This document shows, piece by piece, positions 41,301 through 51,183 of a stretch of DNA of 64,000 bases (positions within the stretch are counted from its first letter, which is position 1; the number at the start of each line of letters is the position of its first letter). This DNA comes from an uncultured Bacteroidales bacterium (GTDB taxonomy: Bacteria > Bacteroidota > Bacteroidia > Bacteroidales > JAADJA01), in contig CAVPJF010000033.1 of the NCBI GenBank assembly GCA_963705185.1, forward strand, positions 145,894 to 209,893, written 5' to 3'. A program made the translations under genes and the position numbers. The notes under the pieces were generated by a model. It did not search any database. It saw only the letters and a program-made list of their open reading frames with translations, and was not told the origin of the DNA.

Positions 41301-42446
41301 GCCGGTGTAATTTTTGGCATTAAAAAACTCAAGAATTTCATTGTCGTAATCGTCAAAATTCATTGCCGGGGAAATCAACCAGTCATCATTGTCCAAAGGT
41401 CCACCTGAATATCCGCTTATTCTGGCGCAAGGAGTATTGTTGATGCCAAAAGTATTGTTACGGTCCCAAACCTGGTCTCCAATTACGCTGATTGTAGTCC
41501 AGTTACCCCACGATACATCAAAATTTTCTGCTTCAATGGTTGTAATACTGGAGGTTGTTGCATTTGCTGTCGGAACGGTTCCATTGGTTTTAAAATCAAT
41601 GTTTGGTCCGCTGTTGGTGTAAGAATAAATGGAAAAGTAATAAGTTGTATTGCTCTCTAGTCCACTGAATGAAGCTGCTTCCATTCCATAATCTACATTT
41701 ATTGCGCCACTTCCGTCAGAAAGGTCAGTATCGTTTGGAACCGGTTCCCCATCCGAGGGGACGGGAAGGGTTGAATTAATTCCAGCCATGACAATATAAC
41801 CCGATGGTAACTGTGCTCCCACAGCATCTGTCCAGGATAAGATTTATGCCCAATCCTGCTGCTGATGCTGCGAAATCAGTGGGGTAATTTGTAGGTTCAG
41901 GATAAATAGTAATGTCACCGGTAAACTCGAAATCGTCATAAAAGACACCTCCACCGGATGTGCTGTTTTCCTGGTAAACCCTCACTTCAAACCTGAATCC
42001 ATCGGCCCCGACAGGGGCAGTGAGTAAAACATTGAAATTTTGCCAGCTGGGATTATCCTTGAATAAGTTGAAGGTCGCAATACATCCGCATTATCAGGTA
42101 ATGTTGTTCCACCTGATAACCAATATGACCAGATTCTCGTTCTTGCAGCCGGATCGTTATCATAATACCAGTAACTAATGGTATATTCCTGGCCTGCTGT
42201 GATCCCGGACAACTCCTGATTGAATTTTTTTGAAGTGGTTGTCGAAGTATGCCTGGCTGCTGAATTTCCGCCATGAACGGTGGTCGTTTCCTGCGTTATA
42301 TTTTCCACCAAACCCCATCCGTCAGGGACACCTGCTGTCCAAGATTCGAGATCACCGTTAACAACCAGATTCTGTGATTTTGCTGTATTGCTAAAAGAGA
42401 AAAAAACCGACAATACAATAACCGGAAGTAAATAAGACTTTGTCAT
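38370..42446 (-). pseudogene. Giant modular T9SS cargo protein (about 1350 aa): CBM-like N-domain, alternating FN3-like and 'choice-of-anchor J'-like modules, T9SS CTD; heavily frame-disrupted
   Basis: Signal peptide MTKSYLLPVIVLSVFF. Six FN3-like modules (PEPSNYPT.F.A......L.WTDA.G.QLP..Y.I.AG.S.SLP.P.DG.PV..D.DLSDGSGA.N...G.E.A.F.GL...T.Y.F.IYPYTN). Three modules with WDRDNTFG...DDWLISPA...F.NAKNYTG.DLE.K.S.DYDGGG.P. CTD IYPNPSNGIISI. At least 8 frame breaks. Confidence 0.75.
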
Positions 42447-42535
42447 AACAATTAAAATTTTTAAAATTACTGAAGTAAATATTTTAAATACTGTGTTTTA
42501 TTACCAGACAATCTGAAAAAAAAGAACATCAGAAT

Positions 42536-43615
42536 CTAGTACCTGTTAATATTATTTAAATCTTCAAAGGCAACTTTTAATCTTTCGATCGTACTTTTTT
42601 CGCCTTCACGCAACCATTTTCTGGGATCATAATACTTTTTATTTGGCTTATCTTCACCTTCAGGGTTGCCAATTTGTCCCTGAAGGTAGCCATGGAATTT
42701 AGCATCATATTTTCTAACACCATCCCACATTGCCCATTGGGTATCGGTGTCAATGTTCATTTTGATAACACCATAAGAAATGGCTTCCCTTATTTCTTCC
42801 CTGCTCGAGCCGGATCCGCCATGGAATACAAAATTTACCGGTTTTTCGCCAGTATTAAATTTTTTCCGGATATAATCCTGGGAATTTTTAAGAATGACAG
42901 GTTGCAATTTTACATTACCCGGCTTATAAACCCCATGCACATTGCCAAAGGAGGCAGCAACTGTGAATTGGTCACTGATTTTCAACAATTCCTCATAAGC
43001 AAAAGCAACATCTTCAGGTTGGGTATATAACCTGGAGCTGTCAATGCCTGTGTTGTCGACACCATCTTCTTCACCGCCTGTAACACCTAACTCAATTTCG
43101 AGCACCATTCCTATTTTGCTCATTCGCTCAAGGTATTTTTTACAGGTTTCAATATTTTCTTTAATTGGCTCTTCTGACAGGTCAAGCATGTGAGAGCTGA
43201 ACAATGGTTTTCCATGTTTTTTAAAATGCTCCTCTCCTTTTGTTAGCAATCCATCGATCCATGGTAATAATTTGCGTGCGGCATGGTCTGTATGAACAAT
43301 TACTGGTATTCCATAGAACTCAGCTATGCGGTGAATATGTATTGCTCCGGAAATGGCGCCGGCAATGGCAGCCTGTTCATTGGTATTTGGCAGGCCCTGT
43401 CCTGCATAGAATATGGCACCACCATTTGAAAACTGAATGATAACAGGTGAGTTAACTAATTTTGCAGCCTCCAGCACAGCGTTCACTGAATTAGTTCCAA
43501 CAACATTTACCGCAGGTAGGGCAAATTGATTTTTTTTAGCAAAAGCAAATAATTTCTGCAGATCATCACCGGCAGCAACACCGGGTTTTATTTGATCCGA
43601 TATTTTTTCTGACAT
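42536..43615 (-). CDS. fbaA: Class II fructose-1,6-bisphosphate aldolase
   Basis: 359 aa. VIVHTDHA, MLDLSEE, FVFHGGSGS, long FbaA-type. Confidence 0.95.
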   Translation of the reverse strand: MSEKISDQIKPGVAAGDDLQKLFAFAKKNQFALPAVNVVGTNSVNAVLEAAKLVNSPVIIQFSNGGAIFYAGQGLPNTNEQAAIAGAISGAIHIHRIAEFYGIPVIVHTDHAARKLLPWIDGLLTKGEEHFKKHGKPLFSSHMLDLSEEPIKENIETCKKYLERMSKIGMVLEIELGVTGGEEDGVDNTGIDSSRLYTQPEDVAFAYEELLKISDQFTVAASFGNVHGVYKPGNVKLQPVILKNSQDYIRKKFNTGEKPVNFVFHGGSGSSREEIREAISYGVIKMNIDTDTQWAMWDGVRKYDAKFHGYLQGQIGNPEGEDKPNKKYYDPRKWLREGEKSTIERLKVAFEDLNNINRY

Positions 43616-43746
43616 AATATTAAATCTTTAAATAATTAATAATAAAAATTAAAAGGAGAGCAAAGTTACTCAAATTGCAAAACTGAACATTAACATTGAG
43701 TTAAATTGTTAATAAATATGGATAATTCAATTGTGAAAATCTTTTC

Positions 43747-43754
43747 TACTTTTG
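43747..43754 (+). promoter_or_regulatory. Candidate -7 promoter box TACTTTTG (TAnnTTTG) about 100 nt upstream of tRNA-Arg
   Basis: Motif match only. No convincing -33 TTTG at canonical spacing. A near-match (TATTTTG) lies closer, at 43836-43842. Confidence 0.3.
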
Positions 43755-43791
43755 CACCCAAAGATTTGCTAAGGTATATGAGTCTATAATC

Positions 43792-43848
43792 TTTAAATCA
43801 TAAATCTTACACCTGAAATCGTGAATCTAAAATCGTATTTTGTAAATC
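43792..43848 (+). repeat. Heptad-phased AAATC array in the tRNA-Arg leader
   Basis: TTTAAATC ATAAATC TTACACC TGAAATC GTGAATC TAAAATC GTATTTT GTAAATC. The terminal C positions are 43799, 43806, 43820, 43827, 43834 and 43848, so all spacings are multiples of 7. Confidence 0.75.
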
Positions 43849-43855
43849 ATTTAAG

Positions 43856-43928
43856 GGTCCCGTAGTTCAACTGGATAGAATCCCAGATTCCGGTTCTGGG
43901 GGTGGGGGTTCGAGTCCTCCCGGGATCA
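43856..43928 (+). tRNA. tRNA-Arg (anticodon CCG)
   Basis: Hand-folded. Acceptor GGTCCCG/CGGGATC. D stem GTTC/GAAT. Anticodon arm CCAGA-TTCCGGT-TCTGG. T arm GGGGG-TTCGAGT-CCTCC. Discriminator A. CCA is not encoded. Confidence 0.9.
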
Positions 43929-43930
43929 CA

Positions 43931-43958
43931 AAAAACCCGCTAAAGGCGGGCTTTTTTA
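43931..43958 (+). terminator. Rho-independent terminator after tRNA-Arg
   Basis: A-run, CCCGC-TAAAG-GCGGG hairpin, then T6. Confidence 0.8.
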
Positions 43959-43959
43959 T

Positions 43960-43994
43960 TTTCAAAGTCAGGTGTTTTAAGTTCAAAGTAATTT
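43960..43994 (+). repeat. Degenerate GTTCAAA-type heptad array, 5 units
   Basis: TTTCAAA GTCAGGT GTTTTAA GTTCAAA GTAATTT, in phase. Confidence 0.6.
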
Positions 43995-44038
43995 TTAAAA
44001 GCGCAATTCTTATGCTCCTACTGCGCTTATTCCCTGAT

Positions 44039-44359
44039 CTAATAGGTTTGCATGCAGATTTTAATTAACCTTTTCTGTTTTCCTTCCTTCCGGCATGTAG
44101 GACAGTACTCATGCTTGGTAGTATGCTCTAAACCGCAGCTTGGACAGCAATAATGTACAATTTTCAATACATTTTTCTTAGGCGAGTTTAAAGCGTAAAT
44201 AAATCCAATTATTGGGGTGAGAAAAATGCTGCATAAAAAAACTTTTCCAATGCCGCTTTCTTTGCCTGATCCAAGTTTGGCAGCAGTTGCAGCCAATAAT
44301 ATATAACAGGCGGTACAGATAAAAATTAAATCCGAACTGTAGTTTTCTAAAATTTTCAT
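44039..44359 (-). CDS. Small membrane protein with C-terminal zinc-ribbon
   Basis: Two or three hydrophobic segments, then HYCCPSCGLEHTTKHEYCPTCRKEG. Start taken at the internal ATG (MKILEN...). Confidence 0.5.
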   Translation of the reverse strand: MKILENYSSDLIFICTACYILLAATAAKLGSGKESGIGKVFLCSIFLTPIIGFIYALNSPKKNVLKIVHYCCPSCGLEHTTKHEYCPTCRKEGKQKRLIKICMQTY

Positions 44360-44550
44360 TAGCTTATATTTTAAATTGAATGTTCGCAATTTTTAACTGA
44401 TACGTAGTAATTTGCAGAAAAGTTCGCAAAATGTCGGTCAAAATGAATGATTTAAGCAAAAGGCATTCTGTAAACTATTATTGATGGATTAATAAAAAGT
44501 AAAATTAGGATATGTAGTGTTTACCAAGGTTTTCGGTGGAAAATAAAAAA

Positions 44551-44573
44551 AGGCTGCTTCGCAGAAGCAGCCT
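44551..44573 (-). terminator. Rho-independent terminator downstream of the LTD surface-protein gene
   Basis: AGGCTGCTTC-GCA-GAAGCAGCCT, 10-bp stem. T7 run on the minus strand. Confidence 0.8.
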
Positions 44574-44600
44574 TAGTAACTGTATTTCAATAATTATTTC

Positions 44601-47600
44601 TTAATTCGGGACCTGGGTGCTCTTAATGTTATTATTTGGAACCCAAAAATCATTTTTATCTTTATTCGAAACCTGGGTATTCATATTCAGATCAGCTCCC
44701 AAATAGCCGTTCTTTCCGGCATCCACTTTCCATCCTGATGGTGATTTATCTGCAGTATTCACATTTCCATCAGCATTGATATCTCCTGAAGCCATTCCCT
44801 ATACTCCGGTCTCAAGTATTTTATATCCGCGGTTCACCTAAATAAACTTGATCGAAGCCCGTTGTGAAATCATAAATTACAGTTCCGCTGGGTGTAATAC
44901 CAGCTGAACTCATGATGCCCACATGATTTCTACTCCAGATAACTAAGTAAAGAATTATTAATAGTATTGGTGAAACTTGGTAAGCAGTTCCATCAAGACT
45001 CACAATACTTCCATCAGTTTTAAGTAATGGCAGGAACCTGGGCAATTCTTGTAGCAGAAGTCGCTGTCAGCAGGACTTGTAGCATCCCTTAGTTCAATAA
45101 GAACATAATCGACAGTTCCGGCTGGGAAAGAAGTGACCGATTGGGTACCGTTATAAAGCCATTTTGGTGTATTGTTTCCATAGTATGGCAAAGCAGGGTA
45201 AAGGGTTGAATAAGTGGAAGAAGATTATTGGTTAATAAATCAGTTTTCATCAAATTCGTTCCTGCATCATAAGGTCCTTCAAGGAAAACTTTCAAGTCGA
45301 GTGAGAACCCGATAATCCCAGTAAATTGTCCGGTGCCAAGTGTTCCTGGAGAACCCAGATCTCCTGCTATTCCAACAAAAGATGGCTCACGTAAAGTAGA
45401 AATTATCCATTTGGTACCGTCATTATTATTATCAGTTGGTAAACCAGCAAAAATCATGGATGCGCCCGTTGGATCAAGCCCAACTGTTCCGCCATCCCGC
45501 ATAATCCTGTCAATCTCCGTGACCCCATCAGGAAGTAAAAGTACAATTTCGTCATCCGTATTTCCAATTGCAAAAGCAACAGGAAAAACATAATTACAGG
45601 TATATCCTCCATTGGTCACACCGTCAGCATTATTTCCGAGTGCGGCAAAACTATGTGCAGGAACGACAAAAGATCCGGTAATGGTAAATGAATTTGTTCC
45701 ATCATCTTTAACAATACAGCCATTCAAATCGACAGCTTAGCATCCTCATTGTTGAAAATTTCAAACCATTCGCCAACTGCCATCTAATACAGTTAATGGA
45801 TCCTGCAATAATTTCAGTAATAATGATATCAGGTAAAGTATAAGCCACAACATTGAATGGTGCGCTTGTGCCAGGTGTTAAGTCCAAAAGGATTGGTATC
45901 TGTGGCTGTTATGGTTACATTGGTTCCGGTTGGAGCCATTTTAACACCAGTTACGATAATTTCATTTGTTCCGCTAAAATGGTTCCTGAAGTTGTACTTC
46001 CCACGACAAAATTAACTGTTCCTCCTGTACCGCCATTGGTAGTAAGATTAAAGTTAACATTTGAAGTTAACAACGGCCGGATTTCCCAAATGCATCCTGT
46101 GATTGCACTGTAACACTGAAATTCGGAATTTTCATAATGGATCAACGCCACCATTTACCGAAGTAATAGCGAGTTTAGTGGCAGGATTTACGATGTTAAC
46201 AACAATATCAGCATGATTTCTCGGATTAATACGGTAAAATGCCAGGTGATTCGTATTATACCAGTCAACAACTCCGGTTATGGATTGATAATTTTCTCCG
46301 ACAGTAAGATAACAGTTAAAAAATGAAAATCAACATTATCACCAATATGGAAATAATAAGTATTCGCTCCACTGACCCAACTGCACCTGTAATCGTAATT
46401 TGTTGCATCATAAGAGAGAACAGTGAAATTTTGAATTTTTGCCAACTGGCTCTTCCCATGATTCAGCAGGATTAGTATTAACAGCAATGGTTTCACTAAT
46501 ATCAGATCCATTAATTACGATTGGACCATAAGGTGTATTACCGGAAGAAATGATTGAAATCAATAAAGGATTTTCAAGCTCTGTTAGACTATTAAAGACA
46601 TCTTTTGTGGCGGTAAAAAATTTGATCACCAACAGCAACAAGGGCATGAAAAGGAGTGCTAAAAATCAAAACGCCATGATATTGACCTGCGGCATCACTG
46701 ACCCATACATCATTAAAAGCATCATTGGCAGATACAATTCCATTGAAAGTGCAGATGAGTATTATCCATTACACCTCCTGGATTATTAGAATTAGTAAAT
46801 GTAAATGGCATAATACCGGCATAAAAATCAAATTTGAAGAATTCGCATCATCAGATATATTATCAAGGGTAATATCAGTTGCCATTGGCGAATTGGCGCC
46901 GGTAAGATGAACCAGTTTAGCATCGGTACCATCAATTGCTGCACCTGAAAATGATAGTATTTGCGGTTCCTGACAAACTATAATCGCCCGGATCAACAGC
47001 AGTAACATCAAGATTATAAACCACATCAATTGCAGTTGTACTAATGGCATAAGCTTTGACAATGGATGGGAACAACTAGCTCCTCCAAAGGATTGATTGT
47101 TGTTTATAGCACCTTTTGTGTGGGCTGCAGGTGCTTGCCAGGTGAAACTACTATAACTTGTTCCTGAACCTGCAAGCTGTAATGAATAACCCACGGGCGT
47201 CGTTGAACTCCTTCAGATGCACCAATATCTGTTGATAAAAACCTCCTGCAGGACCACTCACAGCAGTAAATGTTCCTTCATAGCTTAAAAATTGTCCGGT
47301 TATAAAGTTCCCTGATAGCTTAAAGCAATTCCATCCGGTGGCCCGTTTTGTATTGAAGACCATCAGCAGGATAGGTAAATGAATAAAAAGTAAAATTCCC
47401 AGATGTAATTCCAACAGTAAATAGATCCAGAGTCTTATTATTATAGGATGCTCCACCGTTTCAGTTATATAAATCTACCCTGAAATCACTTAATGTATAG
47501 GTACCGGCATTTTCAATAACGATTTCAACAAATTCATTGACATCAGTACCCGTATTGTCATAATGGAATTCATTGATCCAGGCATTTTGCGCCAGGGTTG

Positions 47601-47660
47601 TCATAAATGGTAAAATGATCATCCTGTGATCATTGTTAATTGTAAAAAAATCTTTTTCAT
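44601..47660 (-). pseudogene. Large secreted protein(s) with lamin-tail-domain (LTD) modules and a dockerin-like Ca-binding C-terminus; heavily frame-disrupted
   Basis: Own reconstruction of the N-terminus: MKKIFLQLTMIT/..LPFMTTLAQNAWINEFHYDNTGTDVNEFVEIVIENAGTYTLSDF. Internal LTD: ...FVVPAHSFAALGNNADG...IGNTDDEIVLLLPDGVTEIDRI. C-terminus GDINADGNVNTADK...GADLNMNTQVSNKDKN. More than 10 frame breaks, so it could be one gene or two. Confidence 0.6.
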
Positions 47661-47898
47661 AATAATTAATTTTTAATTGTTTTTATATTTTCGGTTCATT
47701 ATTAATTCATCATTCGGAACAAAGGTTAAACCATCCTGATCAATTCAAAAAAAAATTGAAAAGGGAAGCAAATTTAATTCTTTTACGTTAATATTTTGTT
47801 AAAATTCTTTCAAACAATATTAACATTTTGTCAAGTTATTAATTGAATGAATAAAACTAAGTTAAGCAGGATTGAACTGATTTTTTTGCCAAATGCTT

Positions 47899-49235
47899 TT
47901 ATCCTTTCGGTTTACTGCCAAGAATGGTCATCCCGATAATGGCCGCAACCAATGATGCCCCGAAAATCCCGGCCTTGGCTATCTGCACATATTCGTCATT
48001 GGCAAACGCAAGACCGGAGATGAAAATGGACATGGTAAACCCGATGCCGGCCAGGAAAGCTACGCCATAAATATGCCGCCACTGCGTGCCTTCTGGGAGT
48101 TCGGCAAAACCTGAACCTACCACCAGCCTTGTAAAAACAGGTTATCCCGATAGCTTTGCCCAGCACCAGCCCGAACATGATGCCCAGAGCAATGGGATGC
48201 AGCATGAGGGTTAAAAAGCTTCCTTCCATGTGAATGCCGGCATTTGCCAGACGCAAAAACAGGCAGGATAATATAAGCTGTGATCGGGTGCAGCGCATGT
48301 TCAAGCTTTTGGAGCGGAGTGGTTGCGTGCCGGCTTATTTTTTCGATGTCGCTCACCAGGTGAGCCTGCTTCTGCGTAAGCAGCGATACATCGTTCGGTT
48401 TCGCATTCTTGAATTTTTCGAGCAGATCGGTGAGCCGGTCGATATAAGTAACTTCAGTAATTTTGGTCCGAACCGGAATGGTGAGGGCTATCAGCACCCC
48501 GGCAATGGTGGCATGCACCCCCGACTGGATAAAAGCAACCCAAACACCCAGAAGACCAACAACGGCATAAAACACCGCCCTTCGCACACCCAGCCTGTTG
48601 GCAATTGCCAGAACCCCAAGAAAAATTCCGGCGGTTATCAGTTCGTTGATATTAATGGTATCGGTGTAAAAAATAGCAATCACCAATACGGCACCCAGGT
48701 CGTCGGCGATGGCCAGTGCTGTAAGAAAAATCTTCAGGCTCACAGGCACTTTTTTACCCAGCAGCGAAATAATCCCCAGCGCAAACGCAATATCGGTAGC
48801 CATGGGTATTCCCCAGCCATCTAAATATTCAGGATTTTGGTAATTGATCAGCACATATATAATTGCCGGAAAGATCATCCCGCCAAAAGCCGCCATGATG
48901 GGTAAACTTGCTTTCTTAACCGACGAAAGCTCTCCGGCCAGTACTTCTCGCTTAATTTCCAGCCCCACGGTGAAGAAAAAAACCGCCATCAGTCCATCGT
49001 TTATCCAGTGCTGGATGGAGTATTTCATCTCAAAATCACCAAAGGAAAAACCCAGCTTTATCTCGTGCCATAGGTGGTGGTAATATGGGTACCATTGCGA
49101 GTTGGCCCACGTCACTGCAACGATAGTTACCAGGATAAGGATTATACCGCCAAGCGATTCTCCGGTAATGTAATTTGCAATATTAAATCCCTGAGAAGCT
49201 CTTTTTTGATTTGATTCCATGCTTTCATTATTCAA
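47899..49235 (-). CDS. nhaA: Na+/H+ antiporter NhaA; two frame breaks
   Basis: FFFTVGLEIKREVLAGELS, ALAIADDLGAVLVIAIFY (DD motif), IAGVLIALTIP. Fragments 48117..49235, 47996..48304 and 47899..48123. Confidence 0.85.
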
Positions 49236-49445
49236 ACTACAAAAATAGGAATAGTTTAACCTGAAAAATTGACTTTTTGAATGGAAAAAACTGTCAAAAT
49301 TTCAACGAGCTTTTCAGAAGAAAATGATTCATTTTCAATAAAATATAAAATTATTTCCGACTGTTATTTATATCAGGAATAAAATTTGAGAGGATGATTT
49401 TGAATCGTTATTTGACAATTAAATTAATGTTTAACAAAAAATTAA

Positions 49446-49453
49446 AAGGAGGA
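49446..49453 (+). promoter_or_regulatory. Strong Shine-Dalgarno AAGGAGGA, 7 nt upstream of the hsp20 ATG
   Basis: Read directly. The other start regions I inspected in this window (ffh, folD, accC, osmC, fumC) show no comparable purine box. Confidence 0.55.
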
Positions 49454-49460
49454 CCACATT

Positions 49461-49910
49461 ATGACACTCTTAAAAAGAACCGACAGTTATCGTCCATCCT
49501 TGCCGTCTCTTTTCGACAATTTGTTTTCAAGAGACCTGATGGACTGGAGTAATTTTAATTTCTCACCCACCAACACTACGCTGCCTGCGGTAAACATCAG
49601 GGAGACCAAAGATGATTTCCTGATTGAAGTGGCTGCGCCTGGTTTGGATAAAAAGGATTTCAAAGTGAACCTGGAGAATAACCAGCTTGTAATTTCTTCG
49701 GAGCATAAAGAAGAAAAGAAATCAGACGAAGAAAATTATACACGGAGAGAATTCAGCTACCAGTCGTTCCAGCGCTCGTTTACCGTTGATGAGCGCCAGG
49801 TGGAGGGGGATAAGATCACTGCAAAGTATTGCGATGGTATCCTGTGCATCACACTTCCAAAAAAGGAGGAAGTGAAGCCCAAACCACCGAGAGAGATTAA
49901 AATTTCATAA
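49461..49910 (+). CDS. Hsp20/alpha-crystallin family small heat-shock protein
   Basis: 149 aa. PAVNIRETKDDFLIEVAAPGL.K.DFKV......L.IS...........Y.RRE..Y..F.RSF.L, ending GILCITLPK. Confidence 0.92.
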   Translation: MTLLKRTDSYRPSLPSLFDNLFSRDLMDWSNFNFSPTNTTLPAVNIRETKDDFLIEVAAPGLDKKDFKVNLENNQLVISSEHKEEKKSDEENYTRREFSYQSFQRSFTVDERQVEGDKITAKYCDGILCITLPKKEEVKPKPPREIKIS

Positions 49911-49929
49911 CCGGAAATGGTTAAAAAAA

Positions 49930-49958
49930 AGGCTGTCGATTGGGGCAGTCTTTTTTTT
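49930..49958. terminator. Bidirectional terminator between convergent hsp20 and the DegT-family gene
   Basis: A8 run, an ~8-bp stem including two G-U pairs (AGGCTGTC / GGGCAGTCT), then a T8 run. Confidence 0.65.
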
Positions 49959-49972
49959 AGAATTAATGCTTT

Positions 49973-51176
49973 CTAACTCTCTACTGAATTGATAACTGAT
50001 TTTATAACTTCTTTTACCAGATCATCCGTTAGGTCGTAATAAACCGGCAGGCTGATTTCCCTCGAATAATTATCATAAGTTACAGGATAGTCCTCAATGT
50101 TGTATCCCCTGGATTTATAATAGGTCATCATTGGCAGAGGAATAAAATGGACATTTACAGTTACTCCGCTCTCATATATTTTCCGGATGATGTCATCGCG
50201 CCGGGACTCAGTTATGTTTTTAATCCTGAGCAGGTAAGCGTGGTAGGATGATTTCTTTTCTTTGGTTTCGTAAACCGGCACCTGTGCCCATTCTTTCTTG
50301 CTAAATGCCGCTGAATAGGAATCGAAAATATGTTTACGTCTTATAAGCATGTCTTCGTCATATCGTTCCAGTTCCACCATACCCATGGCAGCCTGTATGT
50401 CGGTCATGTTGAACTTGTATCCCGGTTCGATGATGTCGTATCGCCAGCCACCCAATTGCGTTTTCGAAAAAGCATCCTTGGTCTGTCCGTGAAGTGATTT
50501 GATTTTTAGGTATTGCTGAATAGCCGAATTATCAAAAGGTGCTGGCAGATTCAGGCAAACAGCGCCACCTTCAGCGGTGGTCAGATTTTTTACGGCGTGA
50601 AAAGAATAGACGGTTATATCAGTCAAACTCCCGGTCTTTTTCCCTTTATAAACTGCTCCAATGCTATGGGCTGCATCTGCAAGCACCAGAATATCTACCC
50701 AAATGCTTTTGTTCTTCAGTTGCCGGATTGAATTGAGATCGAATGTCTTTTCTTCTCACCAGTTCATTGATTTCATCATAATCACATGGAAATCCACCAA
50801 GATCGACAGGAATAATTGCTTTGGTCCTTGGAGTGATTGTCTTTTCAATGTTTTTCACAGAAATATTAAAATCATCTCCAATATCTACAAATACCGGTTT
50901 GGCGCCACAGTGGACCACCACATTAGCAGTTGCAGAGTATGTGTAAGCTGGAACGATTACCTCATCACCCTCTTTTACACCGAACCAGCGAAGCATCAGT
51001 TCCAATCCGGCGGAAGCTGAATTGACGCAAAGGGTAGTTTTATGGCCACCGTATTTTGTAAGAGCTTCTTCAAATTTTTTAACCTTTGGACCGGTTGTAA
51101 TCCAACCTGATTTTAGTGTGTCGATCACCTCATCGATGATCTTTTGGTCCATACGGGGCGGGGAAAATGGAATCAT
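49973..51176 (-). CDS. DegT/DnrJ/EryC1/StrS family sugar aminotransferase; one frame break near 50675
   Basis: SGWITTGPKVKKFE, DAAHSIGA, SFHAVKNLTTAEGG (PLP lysine). Fragments 50664..51176 and 49973..50686. Confidence 0.85.
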
Positions 51177-51183
51177 AATGTTA

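Noticed and set aside
39133-41900. Periodic ~330-bp repetition that could be mistaken for a satellite or CRISPR-like array.
   Set aside because: The units are protein-coding FN3-like modules about 70-75% identical to each other. There are no short direct repeats with unique spacers. No CRISPR array is present anywhere in the window.
47787-47824. AT-rich inverted repeat GTTAATATT(TT)GTT ... AACAATATTAAC between nhaA and the LTD surface-protein gene, considered as a terminator or operator.
   Set aside because: The stem is almost pure A/T with a 2-nt bulge and no flanking U-run. This is within what is expected by chance in a spacer with AT content this high.
47899-49910. nhaA (and hsp20) looked GC-rich (about 47-55% in the 60-nt lines I counted) against AT-rich flanks, which suggested a horizontally acquired island.
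   Set aside because: Hand counts in core genes such as accC gave similar values (48-53% per line). The contrast is therefore mostly coding versus intergenic and gene-to-gene variation. A proper sliding-window GC and codon-usage calculation would be needed before claiming HGT.
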